From: Anaeromyxobacteraceae bacterium
Lineage (GTDB): Bacteria > Myxococcota > Myxococcia > Myxococcales > Anaeromyxobacteraceae
DNA: 64,000 nucleotides
Assembly (NCBI GenBank): GCA_032654565.1
Contig: JAULAX010000017.1
Location: 64,001 to 128,000, forward strand
Direction of reading: 5' to 3'
The notes under the pieces were generated by a model. It was not told the origin of the DNA and did no database searches. It saw only the letters and a program-made list of their open reading frames with translations. Below, piece after piece: positions 48,547 through 59,654 of the stretch; within the stretch, counting starts at the first letter, position 1; every line of letters starts with the position of its first letter. A program made the translations under genes and the position numbers.

Positions 48547-49431
48547 CTACCCGGCGCCGGCGCAGGCGACACCGCAGGCGACCCGCATCAGGTAGGTGCC
48601 GGCAGGGAAGACGGCGCTCCTGTTGCCGGCGCGCCACTGGTGCAACGCCGCCCGGTAGTCGGCGAGGAAGCCCACCAGCCTGCCCAGCGCCTCGATCCGC
48701 TTCCACCTGTCGCGCGCCGCCACCCTCGGGTTGAGCTGGCCGAGCGGCTGCGGCTCCCTGGCTCGGGCGGTGGTCTTCTGCGCCAGCACCCTGGCCACGC
48801 CGAGGAAGGTGCCGACCTTCTTCACCGCCACGGCCTCCCGCTCTGCGAGCGCGGCGGAAAGCCGGTCCCGGAACGCGGCGGCGGTGGGAAACCCGGGCGG
48901 GGTGGTGAGCGTGAGGGTCGCCGACTCGGGCATGGTCCCCTTCTGGTCGAAGAAGTGGGTGGGGCGCTTCACCTGGCGCCCGGTTGCTCCCACCTCGTCA
49001 GGCGATGACCAGAGCCCCGGCCAGCGACGGGCCGACCGGACCAGCCCGGCCGCCACCGGGTTGGCCAGGGTGTAGGCGGCCTTGTCGACGACGGCCTGCG
49101 GGCTGGCCAGCTCGACGGCGCTGTAGCTGTCGGGGCCCCAGAAGTCCTCGCGACGACCGAGCAGGGCGTTGAGGGCCCGGCCGGCGAGGCCGTCGAGGAA
49201 GAGGTGGAACAGCGGGAGGCGGGCGTGGGGGTCGGTCACCACCAGGTGGTAGTGGTTCGACATGACGCAGTAGGCGTGGACCTCGATGCCGTAGCGCTCG
49301 GCGGCGACCGCGAGGAGGTAGAGGAAGACCTGGCTGGCCGGCCTGGAGGGGCGAAGGAGGAACTGGCGCTGGGTGCAGCGGCGGGTGACGAGGTAGGTGG
49401 TGCCGGGGAGGACCTGTCGGGGGGCGGTCAT
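48547..49431 (-). mobile_element. RAYT/IS200-like HUH (Y1) transposase
   Basis: TYLVTRRC, AYCVMSNHYHLV (HUH), YTLANPVAAGLV, WPGLWS. Confidence 0.88.
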
Positions 49432-49443
49432 GCCTCTGGGTAA

Positions 49444-49459
49444 GGCAGGCCCCGTGCCA
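49444..49459 (-). promoter_or_regulatory. Candidate sigma54 promoter of the transposase
   Basis: Minus strand TGGCACGGGGCCTGCC (GG-N10-GC), 12 nt upstream of the ATG. Confidence 0.55.
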
Positions 49460-49640
49460 CCGGAGCCCCGCATTCCCTTTGGGCTTTCCTCAGCCGTCAC
49501 CGGCCGTTCCGCGGACCCCCGGCCGTCCCGCGGTACTCTCGGTCGGGACCGGCGGGTCGAGCGCGGGGACGCGGCGCCTGCCTCGAGCGGGAACCCGGGC
49601 GCCGGGGAGGGCGGCCGCTGCACCACGCCGCAGCGGACCG

Positions 49641-50672
49641 TCACGGGCCCCAGTCCAGCAGGACCTTCCCCGACTGGCCGCTCCGCATGGCGTCGAAGCC
49701 CTGCTGGAACTGGTCGATGTGGAAGCGGTGGGTGACCACGGCGGAGAGGTCGAGCCCGCTCTGCAGCATGGCCACCATCTTGTACCAGGTCTCGAACATC
49801 TCCCGGCCGTAGATGCCCTTCAAGAAGAGCCCCTTGAAGACCACCTGGCTCCAGTCGATGGCCTCCTCGCCGGGCATGATCCCCAGCAGCGCCACCTTGC
49901 CGCCGTGGTTCATCACCTCCAGCAGCTGGCGGAAGGCCCGGCCGTTGCCGCTCATCTCCAGCCCGACGTCGAAGCCCTCCTTCATCCCCAGCTCCTCCAT
50001 CACCGCCCGCAGCTCCTCGCGCGCCACGTTGACCACCCGCGTCGCCCCCACCTTCTCCGCCAGCGCCAGCCGGTAGTCGTTGACGTCGGTCACCACCACG
50101 TGGCGCGCCCCGACGTGGCGGGCGATGGCCGCCGCCATCACGCCGATCGGGCCGGCCCCGGTGATGAGCACGTCCTCGCCGACCAGGTCGAAGGAGAGGG
50201 CGGTGTGGGCGGCGTTGCCGTACGGGTCGAAGATGGCGGCCAGGTCGTCGGGGACGTCGTCCGGGATCCGGTAGACGTTGACCGCCGGCAGGCTGAGCAG
50301 CTCGGCGAACGAGCCGGGCCGGTTGACCCCGACGCCGACGGTGTGGCGGCAGAGGTGGCGCCGCCCCGCCCGGCAGTTGCGGCAGAAGCCGCAGGTCAGG
50401 TGCCCCTCGCCGCTGACCCGGTCGCCCGGCTTGAAGGCCTCGACCTCGGTGCCCACCCGCTCCACCACGCCGACGTACTCGTGGCCGACGATCATCGGCA
50501 CCGGGATGGTCTTCTGGCTCCACTCGTCCCAGTTGTAGATGTGGACGTCGGTGCCGCAGATGGCGCTCTTGCGGACGCGGATGAGCACGTCGTGCACGCC
50601 CACCTCCGGCTCCGGCGCGTCCCGGACCATCCAGATCCCCTCCTGCCGCTGCGACTTGACCAGCGCCTTCAT
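49641..50672 (-). CDS. tdh: L-threonine 3-dehydrogenase
   Basis: [42 protein letters not shown]. Confidence 0.96.
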   Translation of the reverse strand: MKALVKSQRQEGIWMVRDAPEPEVGVHDVLIRVRKSAICGTDVHIYNWDEWSQKTIPVPMIVGHEYVGVVERVGTEVEAFKPGDRVSGEGHLTCGFCRNCRAGRRHLCRHTVGVGVNRPGSFAELLSLPAVNVYRIPDDVPDDLAAIFDPYGNAAHTALSFDLVGEDVLITGAGPIGVMAAAIARHVGARHVVVTDVNDYRLALAEKVGATRVVNVAREELRAVMEELGMKEGFDVGLEMSGNGRAFRQLLEVMNHGGKVALLGIMPGEEAIDWSQVVFKGLFLKGIYGREMFETWYKMVAMLQSGLDLSAVVTHRFHIDQFQQGFDAMRSGQSGKVLLDWGP

Positions 50673-51871
50673 GGCGACTCCGTGATGACGCCGAGCGCCC
50701 GGCCGACCCGGGCGAACGCGGCGAGGGCGAGGTCGAGATCCTCGCGGGTGTGGGCGGCGCTCATCTGGGTGCGGATGCGAGCCTGCCCTCTCGGCACCAC
50801 CGGGAAGAAGAAGCCGACCGCGTAGACCCCCTCGTCGAGCAGGCGCCTGGCGAACTCCTGCGCCAGCTTCGCCTCGCCCAGCATCACCGGGATGATGGGG
50901 TGCTCGCCCGGAAGCAGGGTGAAGCCGAGCGCCGTCAGGCCGGACCGGAACCAGGCGGCGTTCTCCCGCAGCTTCCGGCGCAGGCCGTCGCCCTGCTCCA
51001 GCAGGTCGAGCACGTGCAGGCTGACCCCGGCGATGACCGGCGGCAGGGTGTTGGAGAAGAGGTAGGGGCGGGCCTTCTGGCGCAGCCACCCCACCATGGC
51101 CCGGGAGCCGGCCACGTAGCCGCCGGCGGCCCCGCCCAGCGCCTTGCCGAGCGTGCCGGTGACCAGATCGACCCGCCCCATCACGTCGTGGTGCTCGTGC
51201 GTGCCGCGCCCGCGCGCCCCCATGAAGCCGACGGCGTGGCTGTCGTCCACCATCACCAGCGCCCCGTGCCGCTCGGCCAGGTCGCAGATGGCCGGCAGCC
51301 TGGCCAGGGTGCCGTCCATGCTGAAGACCCCGTCGGTGACCACCAGCGTGAAGCGGGCCCCGGCGGCCTCGGCCGCGGCCAGCTGCGCCGCCAGGTCGGC
51401 GAGATCGCCGTTGGCGTAGCGGAAGCGCTTCGCCTTGCAGAGCCGGATGCCGTCGATGATCGAGGCGTGGTTGAGGGCGTCGCTGACCACGGCGTCCTCC
51501 TCGCCCAGCAGCGCCTCGAAGACGCCGCCGTTGGCGTCGAAGCAGGAGGAGAAGAGGATGGCGTCCTCGAAGCCGAGGAAGGCGGCCAGCCGGGCCTCCA
51601 GCGCCTGGTGGACCTGCTGGGTGCCGCAGATGAAGCGCACCGAGGAGAGCCCGAAGCCGTGCCGCTCCAGCGCCGCCTTCCCGGCCTCCACCAGCTCGGC
51701 GCGGCCGGACAGCCCCAGGTAGTTGTTGGCGCACAGGTTGAGGACCCGCCGCCCGCCGGTCTCCACCCAGGCGCCCTGCGGCCCCTGCAGGACCCGCTCG
51801 CGCTTGACCAGGCCATCGGCCTCCAGCTGGGCAAGCTGGGCGGTGAGGTGGGCTTCGAAGCGTGGGTTCAC
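50669..51871 (-). CDS. kbl: 2-amino-3-ketobutyrate CoA ligase (glycine C-acetyltransferase)
   Basis: [39 protein letters not shown]. Confidence 0.96.
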   Translation of the reverse strand: MNPRFEAHLTAQLAQLEADGLVKRERVLQGPQGAWVETGGRRVLNLCANNYLGLSGRAELVEAGKAALERHGFGLSSVRFICGTQQVHQALEARLAAFLGFEDAILFSSCFDANGGVFEALLGEEDAVVSDALNHASIIDGIRLCKAKRFRYANGDLADLAAQLAAAEAAGARFTLVVTDGVFSMDGTLARLPAICDLAERHGALVMVDDSHAVGFMGARGRGTHEHHDVMGRVDLVTGTLGKALGGAAGGYVAGSRAMVGWLRQKARPYLFSNTLPPVIAGVSLHVLDLLEQGDGLRRKLRENAAWFRSGLTALGFTLLPGEHPIIPVMLGEAKLAQEFARRLLDEGVYAVGFFFPVVPRGQARIRTQMSAAHTREDLDLALAAFARVGRALGVITESP

Positions 51872-51951
51872 GTGGTCCTCCCGGGACGGCCTCATCCTTC
51901 TAGCGCGACGCCCTTCATTTTTCCGCCGCTCTCCTGTAATCAGCAGAAGAG

Positions 51952-53916
51952 ATGATCCTGCCCGAGCCGAGAAGCGACGCGACGACGGCGATGGCCCCGT
52001 CGGATTGGTCCATCGAGCGAGCCACGCAGTACTACAACATCGCCGGCTGGGGGGCCGGGTACTTCTCGGTGAACGAGAAGGGGCACGTGGTGGTCCACCC
52101 CCACGGCCAGCCCGGCCCGGTCATCGACCTGATGGACGTGGTCGAGGACCTCAAGGAGCGGAACATCGGCCTCCCCTGCGTGGTCCGCTTCCAGGACGTG
52201 CTGCGCGCCCGGGTCAAGCAGATCAACGAGTCCTTCGCCCGCTCCGTGGCCGAGCAGGCCTACGGGGGCCGCTACTTCGGCGTCTATCCCATCAAGGTGA
52301 ACCAGATGCGCGAGGTGGTCGACGAGATCGTCGACTCCGGCGCGCCCTACCACTACGGGCTGGAGGCCGGCTCCAAGGGCGAGCTGCTCATCGTGCTGGC
52401 GATGAACACCGACCCGGAGGCCCTCACCATCTGCAACGGCTACAAGGACGAGGAGTTCCTGCGGCTGGCGCTGCTGGGGCGCAAGCTGGGGCGCAAGGTG
52501 ATCGTGGTCATCGAGAAGCTCTCCGAGCTCCCCGAGCTGCTCCGGGTCGCCGAGGAGATGCAGGTCGAGCCCATGATCGGGCTGCGCTCCAAGCTGACCA
52601 CCCGCGGCACCGGCAAGTGGGAGGGATCGTCGGGCGACTTCGCCAAGTTCGGCCTCACCATCCCCGAGCTGATCCACGCCGTGCGCATCCTCAAGGAGGC
52701 CGGCAAGGAGCACTGCGCCAAGCTGCTCCACTTCCACGTCGGCTCCCAGCTCACCGAGATCCGGGTGGTCAAGGACGCCGTCAACGAGGGGGCCCGGGTC
52801 TACGCCAAGCTGCGCAAGATGGGGCTCCCCATCGAGTACTTCGACGTGGGCGGCGGCCTGGGGGTCGACTACGTCGGCACCCGCATGAACGGCCACTCCT
52901 CCTCCATCAACTACTCCATGGACGAGTACGTCGACGACGTCGTCTACAGCCTGCAGCGCATCTGCGGCAACGAAGGGGTGCCCGAGCCGCACCTGGTCTC
53001 CGAGTCGGGCAGGGCCATCGCCGCCCACCACAGCTGCGTGATCATGAACGTCTTCGGTCACATCGAGATCGGCTCGGCGGAGGAGATCGCGGCCGCCTCG
53101 GTGCCGCAGCCGGACGAGGCCAAGATCGTCCGCGAGATGCGGGAGATCGTCTCCGCGCTCACCGTGCGCAACCGCGCCGAGGCCTACCACGACGGCGCCG
53201 CCAAGAAGGAGGAGGCGCTGCAGATGTTCAAGCTGGGGCTGCTCGGCCTGGAGGAGCGCGCCGTGGTCGAGTCGCTCTTCTGGAAGCTGGCCCGCGGCAT
53301 CGCCGAGATGAACCGCGGAAAGAAGCGGCTGCCCCGCGAGACCCGCGACCTCGGTGACAAGATCGCCGACCAGTACCTCGCCAACTTCTCGCTCTTCCAG
53401 AGCGCCCCGGACCACTGGGCCTTCGACCAGCTCTTCCCCATCATCCCGCTGCACCGCATGGACGAGCCGCCCACCCGCGACTGCACCATCGTCGACGTCA
53501 CCTGCGACTCCGACGGCAAGATCGACCGGTTCATCGAGGGCGACGGCGTCGACGAGACCCTCTCGCTCCACCCGCTGCGGCCCGGCGAGCCCTACTTCCT
53601 CGGCATGTTCCTCACCGGCGCCTACCAGGACATCCTCGCCGACATGCACAACCTCTTCGGCCGGGTCAACGAGATCCACGTCTTCGCCGACGACGAGGAT
53701 CCCGAGGACTTCTACATCGAGGAGTACATCCCCGGCGAGACCATCGCCAAGGTGCTCTCCCGCGTGCAGTACGAGCCCTCCGACCTGCTCCGCCGCGTCA
53801 AGAACGAGCTCGACCAGCGCATCAAGGACGGCACCATCCGCCCCAAGGACGGCGTCTCGCTCTCCGACTTCTACGAGTCGGTCATGAAGGGCTACACCTA
53901 CCTGCTGGAGAAGTAG
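51952..53916 (+). CDS. speA: Biosynthetic arginine decarboxylase
   Basis: [39 protein letters not shown]. Confidence 0.95.
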   Translation: MILPEPRSDATTAMAPSDWSIERATQYYNIAGWGAGYFSVNEKGHVVVHPHGQPGPVIDLMDVVEDLKERNIGLPCVVRFQDVLRARVKQINESFARSVAEQAYGGRYFGVYPIKVNQMREVVDEIVDSGAPYHYGLEAGSKGELLIVLAMNTDPEALTICNGYKDEEFLRLALLGRKLGRKVIVVIEKLSELPELLRVAEEMQVEPMIGLRSKLTTRGTGKWEGSSGDFAKFGLTIPELIHAVRILKEAGKEHCAKLLHFHVGSQLTEIRVVKDAVNEGARVYAKLRKMGLPIEYFDVGGGLGVDYVGTRMNGHSSSINYSMDEYVDDVVYSLQRICGNEGVPEPHLVSESGRAIAAHHSCVIMNVFGHIEIGSAEEIAAASVPQPDEAKIVREMREIVSALTVRNRAEAYHDGAAKKEEALQMFKLGLLGLEERAVVESLFWKLARGIAEMNRGKKRLPRETRDLGDKIADQYLANFSLFQSAPDHWAFDQLFPIIPLHRMDEPPTRDCTIVDVTCDSDGKIDRFIEGDGVDETLSLHPLRPGEPYFLGMFLTGAYQDILADMHNLFGRVNEIHVFADDEDPEDFYIEEYIPGETIAKVLSRVQYEPSDLLRRVKNELDQRIKDGTIRPKDGVSLSDFYESVMKGYTYLLEK

Positions 53917-54007
53917 CGGCTCCGTCGCCCGGCCGCTATACCCGTGGTCGCACCGAGCACGCACCGCCTCGCCGGCGGCGCGCACCACCAGAACCGAGGA
54001 GCACACC

Positions 54008-54208
54008 GTGGCCGTCTACAAGAAGATCGAGATCGTCGGGACGTCGAAGGTCAGCTTCGCCGAGGCCGTCAAGGCCGCGGTGGCCGAGGCCGGCAAGTCG
54101 CTGCGCCACATGAGCTGGTTCGAGGTCGCCGAGCAGCGCGGCAGCATCAAGGACGGCAAGGTGAACGAGTTCCAGGTCACCGTGCGGGTCGGCTTCAAGG
54201 TCGAGTAG
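54008..54208 (+). CDS. Dodecin (flavin-binding)
   Basis: VYKKIEIVGTS, WFEV, RG, FQVTVRVGF; GAGGAG RBS. Confidence 0.92.
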   Translation: MAVYKKIEIVGTSKVSFAEAVKAAVAEAGKSLRHMSWFEVAEQRGSIKDGKVNEFQVTVRVGFKVE

Positions 54209-54220
54209 CGACCGCGGCGA

Positions 54221-54243
54221 CCCCCGGGCAGGGGCCCCGGGGG
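54221..54243. terminator. GC hairpin between the convergent dodecin and selC genes
   Basis: CCCCCGGG-N7-CCCGGGGG. Confidence 0.4.
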
Positions 54244-54246
54244 TGG

Positions 54247-54345
54247 TGGCGGCAGGGCATGGGAATCGAACCCACCAGCAGCGCCTCTCGGCACCACTCA
54301 CCGGTTTTGAAGACCGGGCCCGGCACCAGCCCAGGACGTCCTGCC
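54247..54345 (-). tRNA. selC: tRNA-Sec (anticodon TCA)
   Basis: CCGGTC-TTCAA-AACCGG anticodon arm, long variable arm, GTGGG-TTCGATT-CCCAT T arm, 8-bp acceptor stem, GCCA end. Confidence 0.93.
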
Positions 54346-54388
54346 ACCGACCGGTCTACGGGAGCGGCCCGGCCCGGTCAAGCCGCGA

Positions 54389-55984
54389 TCACTTCGTCGC
54401 CTTCGAGGGTCGGGCGGCGGCGGCGGCCTGGCCGTGCTCCTCGCCCCAGACCGAGAGCACCACGGTGGCCCGCTCGTGCGGCATGGCGGCGCGGGGCGAG
54501 CGGAACCGCTCCACCGGGGAGTAGTAGCCGAAGTTGGAGGCCCGGCTGGTGTAGAGGCAGGCGTAGTCCTCCACCTGCTCGCCGAAGCGCGAGTTCTCGT
54601 TCCCCTCCTTGAAGAGGAAGCCCCAGGTGGCGTTGGCGCCGGCCTCCAGCACCCGGGCCACCGCCGCGATGCGGGCGCCGGCGTCGCGCAGGGCGCCGCG
54701 CAGCTGATCCAGCTCGCCGCGGATGCGCCGCGAGGCCTCCTCGAGCAGGGCGGCGTCGCCCTCGGCCGCCCGCTCCCGCCGCCGGTCGGCCTGGTTGAGC
54801 GCGGTCCGGTGCGAGGCGATGGAGTCCTCCAGCTTGACCCGCAGCCCCTCCAGCCGGGCCAGCTCGCCGAGCGCCTCGCGGTGCCCCTCCAGCCACTGGA
54901 TCTCCCGCTCCAGCTCCTCGACCACCAGCGCCGTGCGCCACAGCGAGCTCTTCCGCGAGCGCAGGATGTCGCCGTAGATGTGGTCGCCGACGTAGAGCAC
55001 CCGGTCACCGCCGATCCCCAGCAGCTCCTCGAGCCGGACCAGGTCGCCCCCCTGGTAGAGCCGGCCCCGCTCCAGCGAGGCCGCCTCGCCGGCCGGCGCC
55101 AGGTCGGGGCGGAGCAGCAGCAGCGGCCGGCGCTGGCCGAAGAAGCCGGGCTTGCCGGCCCCGGTGATCACGGCGTCGAAGTAGCTGCGCCAGGAGGCGT
55201 ACTCCGGCAGCACCCCGTCGAGCACGTGGCGCATCACCGCGTCGGTGTAGTCGGCCATCGAGTTGGTGAGCAGGAAGAGCCGCTTGCCGCCGGAGCGGAG
55301 CTTGTGCAGCGCCGGCCCCAGCTCCGGGTCGCGCACCAGGTAGCGCGGCAGGTCGGCCAGCACCACCTGCTTGAGCGACCCGTCGCGGTGGACGGTGTCG
55401 ATGGCCTCGCGGATGTGGTCGTAGAGCCGGGCGTAGTCCACCTCGGCGCCGGTCCGCTCCAGCAGCTCGATGGCCTCGGCGAAGAGGCAGCCCTCGGGCA
55501 GGGCGAAGAGGGTGTCGAGCCAGGCGAAGCGCGGGGAGGAGAGGTGGATCTTCTCCTCGCGGTAGAGCCGGCGCAGCGCCTCGGGGGGAATGGGTCGGCG
55601 GCCGTGGACCCCCCGGCCCACGTGGTTGTGCCGGTCCATCTTGAAGAGGTTGCCCTGCTCCTTGTCGACCACCACGCCGCGGATGACGAAGTCGGGGTCG
55701 TAGGGGATCTCCAGCAGGCCCGCCGGGTAGCCGAAGCGGCTCACCATCAGCTCGGCGGTCATGCGGAAGGCCAGCTGCTCCATGTGGCGGAGCTGGTAGA
55801 TGGCCAGCGTGTAGTCCATGTCGAAGCCGACCGCCTCGATCTTGTCCATGCGCAGGGTCCGGTTGACGAAGACCTGGCGCGACGTCGGCACCTCGCGGTG
55901 GCCCATCACCGGCTCGGCCAGCAGCCGCAGGATCTCGGGGGCCTCCCAGGAGGGCCGGGCCGCTGGCTGGTGCTCGTCGGTCAT
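54389..55984 (-). CDS. HAD-superfamily cytosolic 5'-nucleotidase (cN-II type)
   Basis: VFVNR, GFDMDYTLA, LLTNS, KPGFF, YVGDHIYGD, LYTSR. Confidence 0.92.
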   Translation of the reverse strand: MTDEHQPAARPSWEAPEILRLLAEPVMGHREVPTSRQVFVNRTLRMDKIEAVGFDMDYTLAIYQLRHMEQLAFRMTAELMVSRFGYPAGLLEIPYDPDFVIRGVVVDKEQGNLFKMDRHNHVGRGVHGRRPIPPEALRRLYREEKIHLSSPRFAWLDTLFALPEGCLFAEAIELLERTGAEVDYARLYDHIREAIDTVHRDGSLKQVVLADLPRYLVRDPELGPALHKLRSGGKRLFLLTNSMADYTDAVMRHVLDGVLPEYASWRSYFDAVITGAGKPGFFGQRRPLLLLRPDLAPAGEAASLERGRLYQGGDLVRLEELLGIGGDRVLYVGDHIYGDILRSRKSSLWRTALVVEELEREIQWLEGHREALGELARLEGLRVKLEDSIASHRTALNQADRRRERAAEGDAALLEEASRRIRGELDQLRGALRDAGARIAAVARVLEAGANATWGFLFKEGNENSRFGEQVEDYACLYTSRASNFGYYSPVERFRSPRAAMPHERATVVLSVWGEEHGQAAAAARPSKATK

Positions 55985-56074
55985 GTGGCCGAGCCTACAC
56001 TCGGTCCCGGCGGCGCGCCCGCCCGGATCCCCCGGAAAGTTGCGTCGCGCCCGGCGCGGTCTAGGCTCGCCGCC

Positions 56075-56305
56075 ATGCCTCGCCGCGCCGCCCCGGCCCT
56101 CGACCTCGCCGCCCTGCTCACCCGCATCGACGGGCTGGAGCAGCGGCTGCTGCAGCTGGAGACGGGGAGGGTGGGGCCGGGCGACGGCCGGGCCGCGGCG
56201 GTGAAGCGGCCCCGCCCGGTGCGCCGCTGCCCCGGCTGCGGGCTGCCGCTGCGGCGCCTCAAGGGGCGCTGCGCCGCCTGCCGCCGGCCGCTCGACTCGA
56301 TCTGA
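56075..56305 (+). CDS. Small coiled-coil + zinc-ribbon protein
   Basis: CPGC-x10-CAAC; heptad-like N-terminus. Confidence 0.6.
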   Translation: MPRRAAPALDLAALLTRIDGLEQRLLQLETGRVGPGDGRAAAVKRPRPVRRCPGCGLPLRRLKGRCAACRRPLDSI

Positions 56306-56330
56306 GGTCGGCGCGCGGTTAAGGTCCCGG

Positions 56331-57620
56331 GTGATGACCCGCCCGGCCACGCCTCCCCGCCTCATCGACCTCGACGCCGTCCAGTGCCGGGTGCTGCCCA
56401 ACGGGCTGCGGCTGCGGGTGCTGCGCGAGGCCGGCTCGCCGACGCTCAGCTACGCCACCTTCTTCCAGGTCGGCTCGCGCAACGAGCGGCCCGGGATCAC
56501 CGGCCTCAGCCACCTCTTCGAGCACATGATGTTCAACGGCGCCGCCAGGTACGGCCCCAAGCAGTTCGACCGGGTGCTGGAGGCGCGCGGGGGCCACTCC
56601 AACGCCTACACCTCCAACGACCTGACCGTGTACTACGAGGACTTCGCCGCCGAGGCCCTGGCGACGGTCGTCGACCTGGAGTCGGACCGGATGCGCTCGC
56701 TGCGCATCGACGACGAGGCGCTGGAGCAGGAGCGCGAGGTGGTCAAGGAGGAGCGCCGGCTCCGCACCGACGACTCGGTCTACGGGCTCATGGAGGAGGC
56801 GCTGGAGGCGCTGGTGCACCAGGCCCACCCCTACCGCTGGCCGGTGATCGGCTGGATGTCGGACATCGAGCGCATCACCCGCGCCGACTGCGAGGCCTAC
56901 TTCCGCACCTTCTACGCCCCGGGCAACGCCGCCATCTACGTGGTCGGCGACCTCGACCCGGGGCCGACCCTGGCGCTGCTGGCCGGCGCCTACGGCGACA
57001 TCCCGGCCGGCCCGGCCCCGGCCCCGGTGGCCACCGGGGAGCCGGAGCAGCGGGGGGGGCGGCGGGCCGAGATCCGCTACCCGGCCCAGGGGCCGGCGCT
57101 GCTGTGCGGTTGGCGCGCCGCCGCGGCCCGCAGCCCCGACGTGGCCGCCCTCGACCTGCTGCAGGTCACCCTCGGCGTCGGCGAGTCGTCGCGACTGCGC
57201 CGCCGGCTGGTCCACCAGGACGCCCTGGTGACCGCGGTGGGCGTCTCCTTCGGCTGGCGCATCGACCCCGGCGTCTTCTCCATCTTCGCCGAGCTGTCAC
57301 CCGGCGTGAAGGTGGAGCGGGTGGAGCGGATCCTCGCCGAGGAGCTGGCCCGGGTGGCGGAGGGCGGCGTCACCGCCACCGAGCTGCGGCGGGCCCGGGC
57401 GCTGCTGCGCAGCTCGGTGCTCCACGAGCTCGGCACCCACCACGGGCTGGCCCACGCCCTCGGCAACGCCGAGGCGCTGCTGGGGGACTGGCGCGAGGCG
57501 GGGCGGGCGCTGGAGCTCTACGCCGGGGTCCGGCCCGCCGACGTCAAGCGGGTGGCGCGCCAGTACCTGGCCCCGCGGCGCGCCAACACCGTGGTGCTGG
57601 TGCCGGAGGCGACCCCGTGA
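56331..57620 (+). CDS. M16 peptidase, catalytic subunit
   Basis: GLSHLFEHMMF (HxxEH), NAYT, VVKEE. Confidence 0.93.
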   Translation: MMTRPATPPRLIDLDAVQCRVLPNGLRLRVLREAGSPTLSYATFFQVGSRNERPGITGLSHLFEHMMFNGAARYGPKQFDRVLEARGGHSNAYTSNDLTVYYEDFAAEALATVVDLESDRMRSLRIDDEALEQEREVVKEERRLRTDDSVYGLMEEALEALVHQAHPYRWPVIGWMSDIERITRADCEAYFRTFYAPGNAAIYVVGDLDPGPTLALLAGAYGDIPAGPAPAPVATGEPEQRGGRRAEIRYPAQGPALLCGWRAAAARSPDVAALDLLQVTLGVGESSRLRRRLVHQDALVTAVGVSFGWRIDPGVFSIFAELSPGVKVERVERILAEELARVAEGGVTATELRRARALLRSSVLHELGTHHGLAHALGNAEALLGDWREAGRALELYAGVRPADVKRVARQYLAPRRANTVVLVPEATP

Positions 57621-58936
57621 GCCGCATCCAGGCGCCACCGGTGGTGCGGACCCGGCTGGCCAACGGGCTGCAGGTGGTGGTGGCCCCGCGCCCCGGCGTG
57701 CCGCTGGTGGCGGTCCGGCTGCTGGTGCGGGCCGGCGCCGCGCTCGATCCCGCCGGCCGCTTCGGCCTGGCCCACCTCACGGCCGCGGCGGTGCGGCGCG
57801 GGACCCGGCGGCGCAGCGGGGCCCGCCTCGACGCCGAGGTGGAGGCGCTGGGCGCGGAGCTGGGCGGCGGCGTCGACGAGGACGCCGCGGCGCTGGGGCT
57901 CTCGGCGCCGGTGGAGGCGTTGCCCCGGCTCCTCGACGTGGTGGCCGACGTCACCATTCACCCGGCCTTCCCCCAGGGGGAGGTGGAGCGGCTGCGGCGG
58001 CGCGAGGTGGCGGCGCTGGCCCACGACGTCGACGAGCCGGGGGTGCTGGCCGACCGGGCCACCCTGATGGCCGCCTACGGGGAGCACCCCTACGGCCACC
58101 CCGCCGAGGGGCGGGGCCGCGACGTGGCGGCGGCGCGGCGCGGCGACCTGGCCGGCTTCCACGCCCGCCACTGGCGCCCCTCCCGCGCCACGCTGCTGGT
58201 GGTGGGGCCGGTCGAGGCCGGGGCGGCGCTGGCGCTGGCCGAGCGGCGCTTCGGGGCCTGGAAGGGGGCGCCGGGCGGGGAGCTGGAGATCGCCCCGCCG
58301 GCCCCGCCGGCCGGGCCGGCGGTGATCATCGTCGACCGCCCCGAGCTGACCCAGGCGCAGCTGCGCATCGCCTCGGCCGGCTACCCGCGCAGCAGCCCCG
58401 ACCACGCCGCCGGGCTGGTGGCCGGCGCGGTGCTGGGCGGCGGCTTCACCTCCCGCCTCATGGAGGCGGTCCGGGTCAACCGCGGGCTCAGCTACGGGGT
58501 GCGCAGCCGGTTCGCCGCCAGCCGGGCCGGCGGGCTCTTCGCCTTCTCCTCCTTCACCAAGGTGGAGACGGCGGGCGAGCTGGTGCAGGTGGCGCTCGAC
58601 GAGGTGGCCCGCTTCCGCGACGGCGGCCCCACCGAGGAGGAGCTGGAGCGGACCCGCGGCTACCTCTGCGGCCTCTACCCGCTCGGCCTCGAGACCCACG
58701 AGCAGTGGGCCGAGAAGCTGGCCGAGGTGGAGCTCTATGGCCTCGGCCCCGACGAGGTGGCCGGGTTCCCGGACCGGGTCCGGGCGGTGGACGCGGCCGC
58801 CTGCCTGGCGGTGGCGCGCCGCTGGCTGCCCGGCGAGCGCCGGGTGGTGGTGGCGGTGGGGCCGGCCCGGCGGCTCAAGGCCCAGCTGGCCCGCTTCGGC
58901 CCGGTCGAGGTGGTGACGGCCCGGTCGGTGACCTGA
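57617..58936 (+). CDS. M16 peptidase, non-catalytic partner subunit
   Basis: LANGL, HPYG, LGGGFTSRL..VR..RGLSY; no HxxEH; GTG overlaps upstream TGA. Confidence 0.9.
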   Translation: MSRIQAPPVVRTRLANGLQVVVAPRPGVPLVAVRLLVRAGAALDPAGRFGLAHLTAAAVRRGTRRRSGARLDAEVEALGAELGGGVDEDAAALGLSAPVEALPRLLDVVADVTIHPAFPQGEVERLRRREVAALAHDVDEPGVLADRATLMAAYGEHPYGHPAEGRGRDVAAARRGDLAGFHARHWRPSRATLLVVGPVEAGAALALAERRFGAWKGAPGGELEIAPPAPPAGPAVIIVDRPELTQAQLRIASAGYPRSSPDHAAGLVAGAVLGGGFTSRLMEAVRVNRGLSYGVRSRFAASRAGGLFAFSSFTKVETAGELVQVALDEVARFRDGGPTEEELERTRGYLCGLYPLGLETHEQWAEKLAEVELYGLGPDEVAGFPDRVRAVDAAACLAVARRWLPGERRVVVAVGPARRLKAQLARFGPVEVVTARSVT

Positions 58937-58938
58937 GC

Positions 58939-59634
58939 GTGGGCGCCCCGCGCATCCTGCTCCTCGACGAGGCGCTGCTGGCCATCGACAAGCCGGCCGG
59001 CCGGCTGGTGATCCCGGGGCGGGTGGCCGGCGAGGTGTCGCTGCGCGAGGAGCTGGCGCCGATCCACGGCCCGCTCTGGGTGGTGCACCGGCTCGACCGC
59101 GGCACCAGCGGCGTGCTGCTCTTCGCCCGCACCGCCGCGGCCCACCGCCATCTCAACCTGCAGTTCGAGCGGGGCGAGCCGCGCAAGACCTACCTGGCGC
59201 TGGTGGCCGGCCGGCCGCCCGACCGCTTCGAGTGCGCCGCCGGGATCGCCCCGGCGCGCAAGGGGCGGATGAAGGCGGTCCCCGCCGGCGACCCGCGCGG
59301 CAAGGCGGCCCGCACCACCTTCCGGGTGCTGGAGCGGTTCGAGCCGGCCGGCGGCCCCGGCCCGCTGGCGCTGGTCGAGGCCAGCCCGGAGACCGGGCGG
59401 ACCCACCAGATCCGCGTCCACCTCCGGGAGGCCGGCTTCCCGCTGGCCTTCGACCCCGACTATGGCGGCGCCGAGCCGCTGCGTGGGGGCGACGGCGAGG
59501 TGCTGGTGGCGCGCACGCCGCTCCACGCCGCGGCGCTGGCGCTGCGCCACCCGGCCGGGGAGCCGCTGGTGGTCAGCGCGCCGTGGCCGGAGGACCTGGC
59601 CGCGGCGCTGCAGCGCTGGCGCGACGGCGGGTGA
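58939..59634 (+). CDS. RluA-family pseudouridine synthase
   Basis: IDKPAG, VHRLDRGTSG, TGRTHQIRVH, LHA. Confidence 0.92.
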   Translation: MGAPRILLLDEALLAIDKPAGRLVIPGRVAGEVSLREELAPIHGPLWVVHRLDRGTSGVLLFARTAAAHRHLNLQFERGEPRKTYLALVAGRPPDRFECAAGIAPARKGRMKAVPAGDPRGKAARTTFRVLERFEPAGGPGPLALVEASPETGRTHQIRVHLREAGFPLAFDPDYGGAEPLRGGDGEVLVARTPLHAAALALRHPAGEPLVVSAPWPEDLAAALQRWRDGG

Positions 59635-59654
59635 GGGCCGGAGGAGCGGCGGGC

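Noticed and set aside
49432..50523. 658-aa extended transposase ORF
   Set aside because: The upstream part overlaps tdh in another frame and is low-complexity; family motifs begin at ATG 49431
54209..54390. Genomic island integrated at selC
   Set aside because: No integrase and no duplicated tRNA 3' end seen; flanking genes are housekeeping
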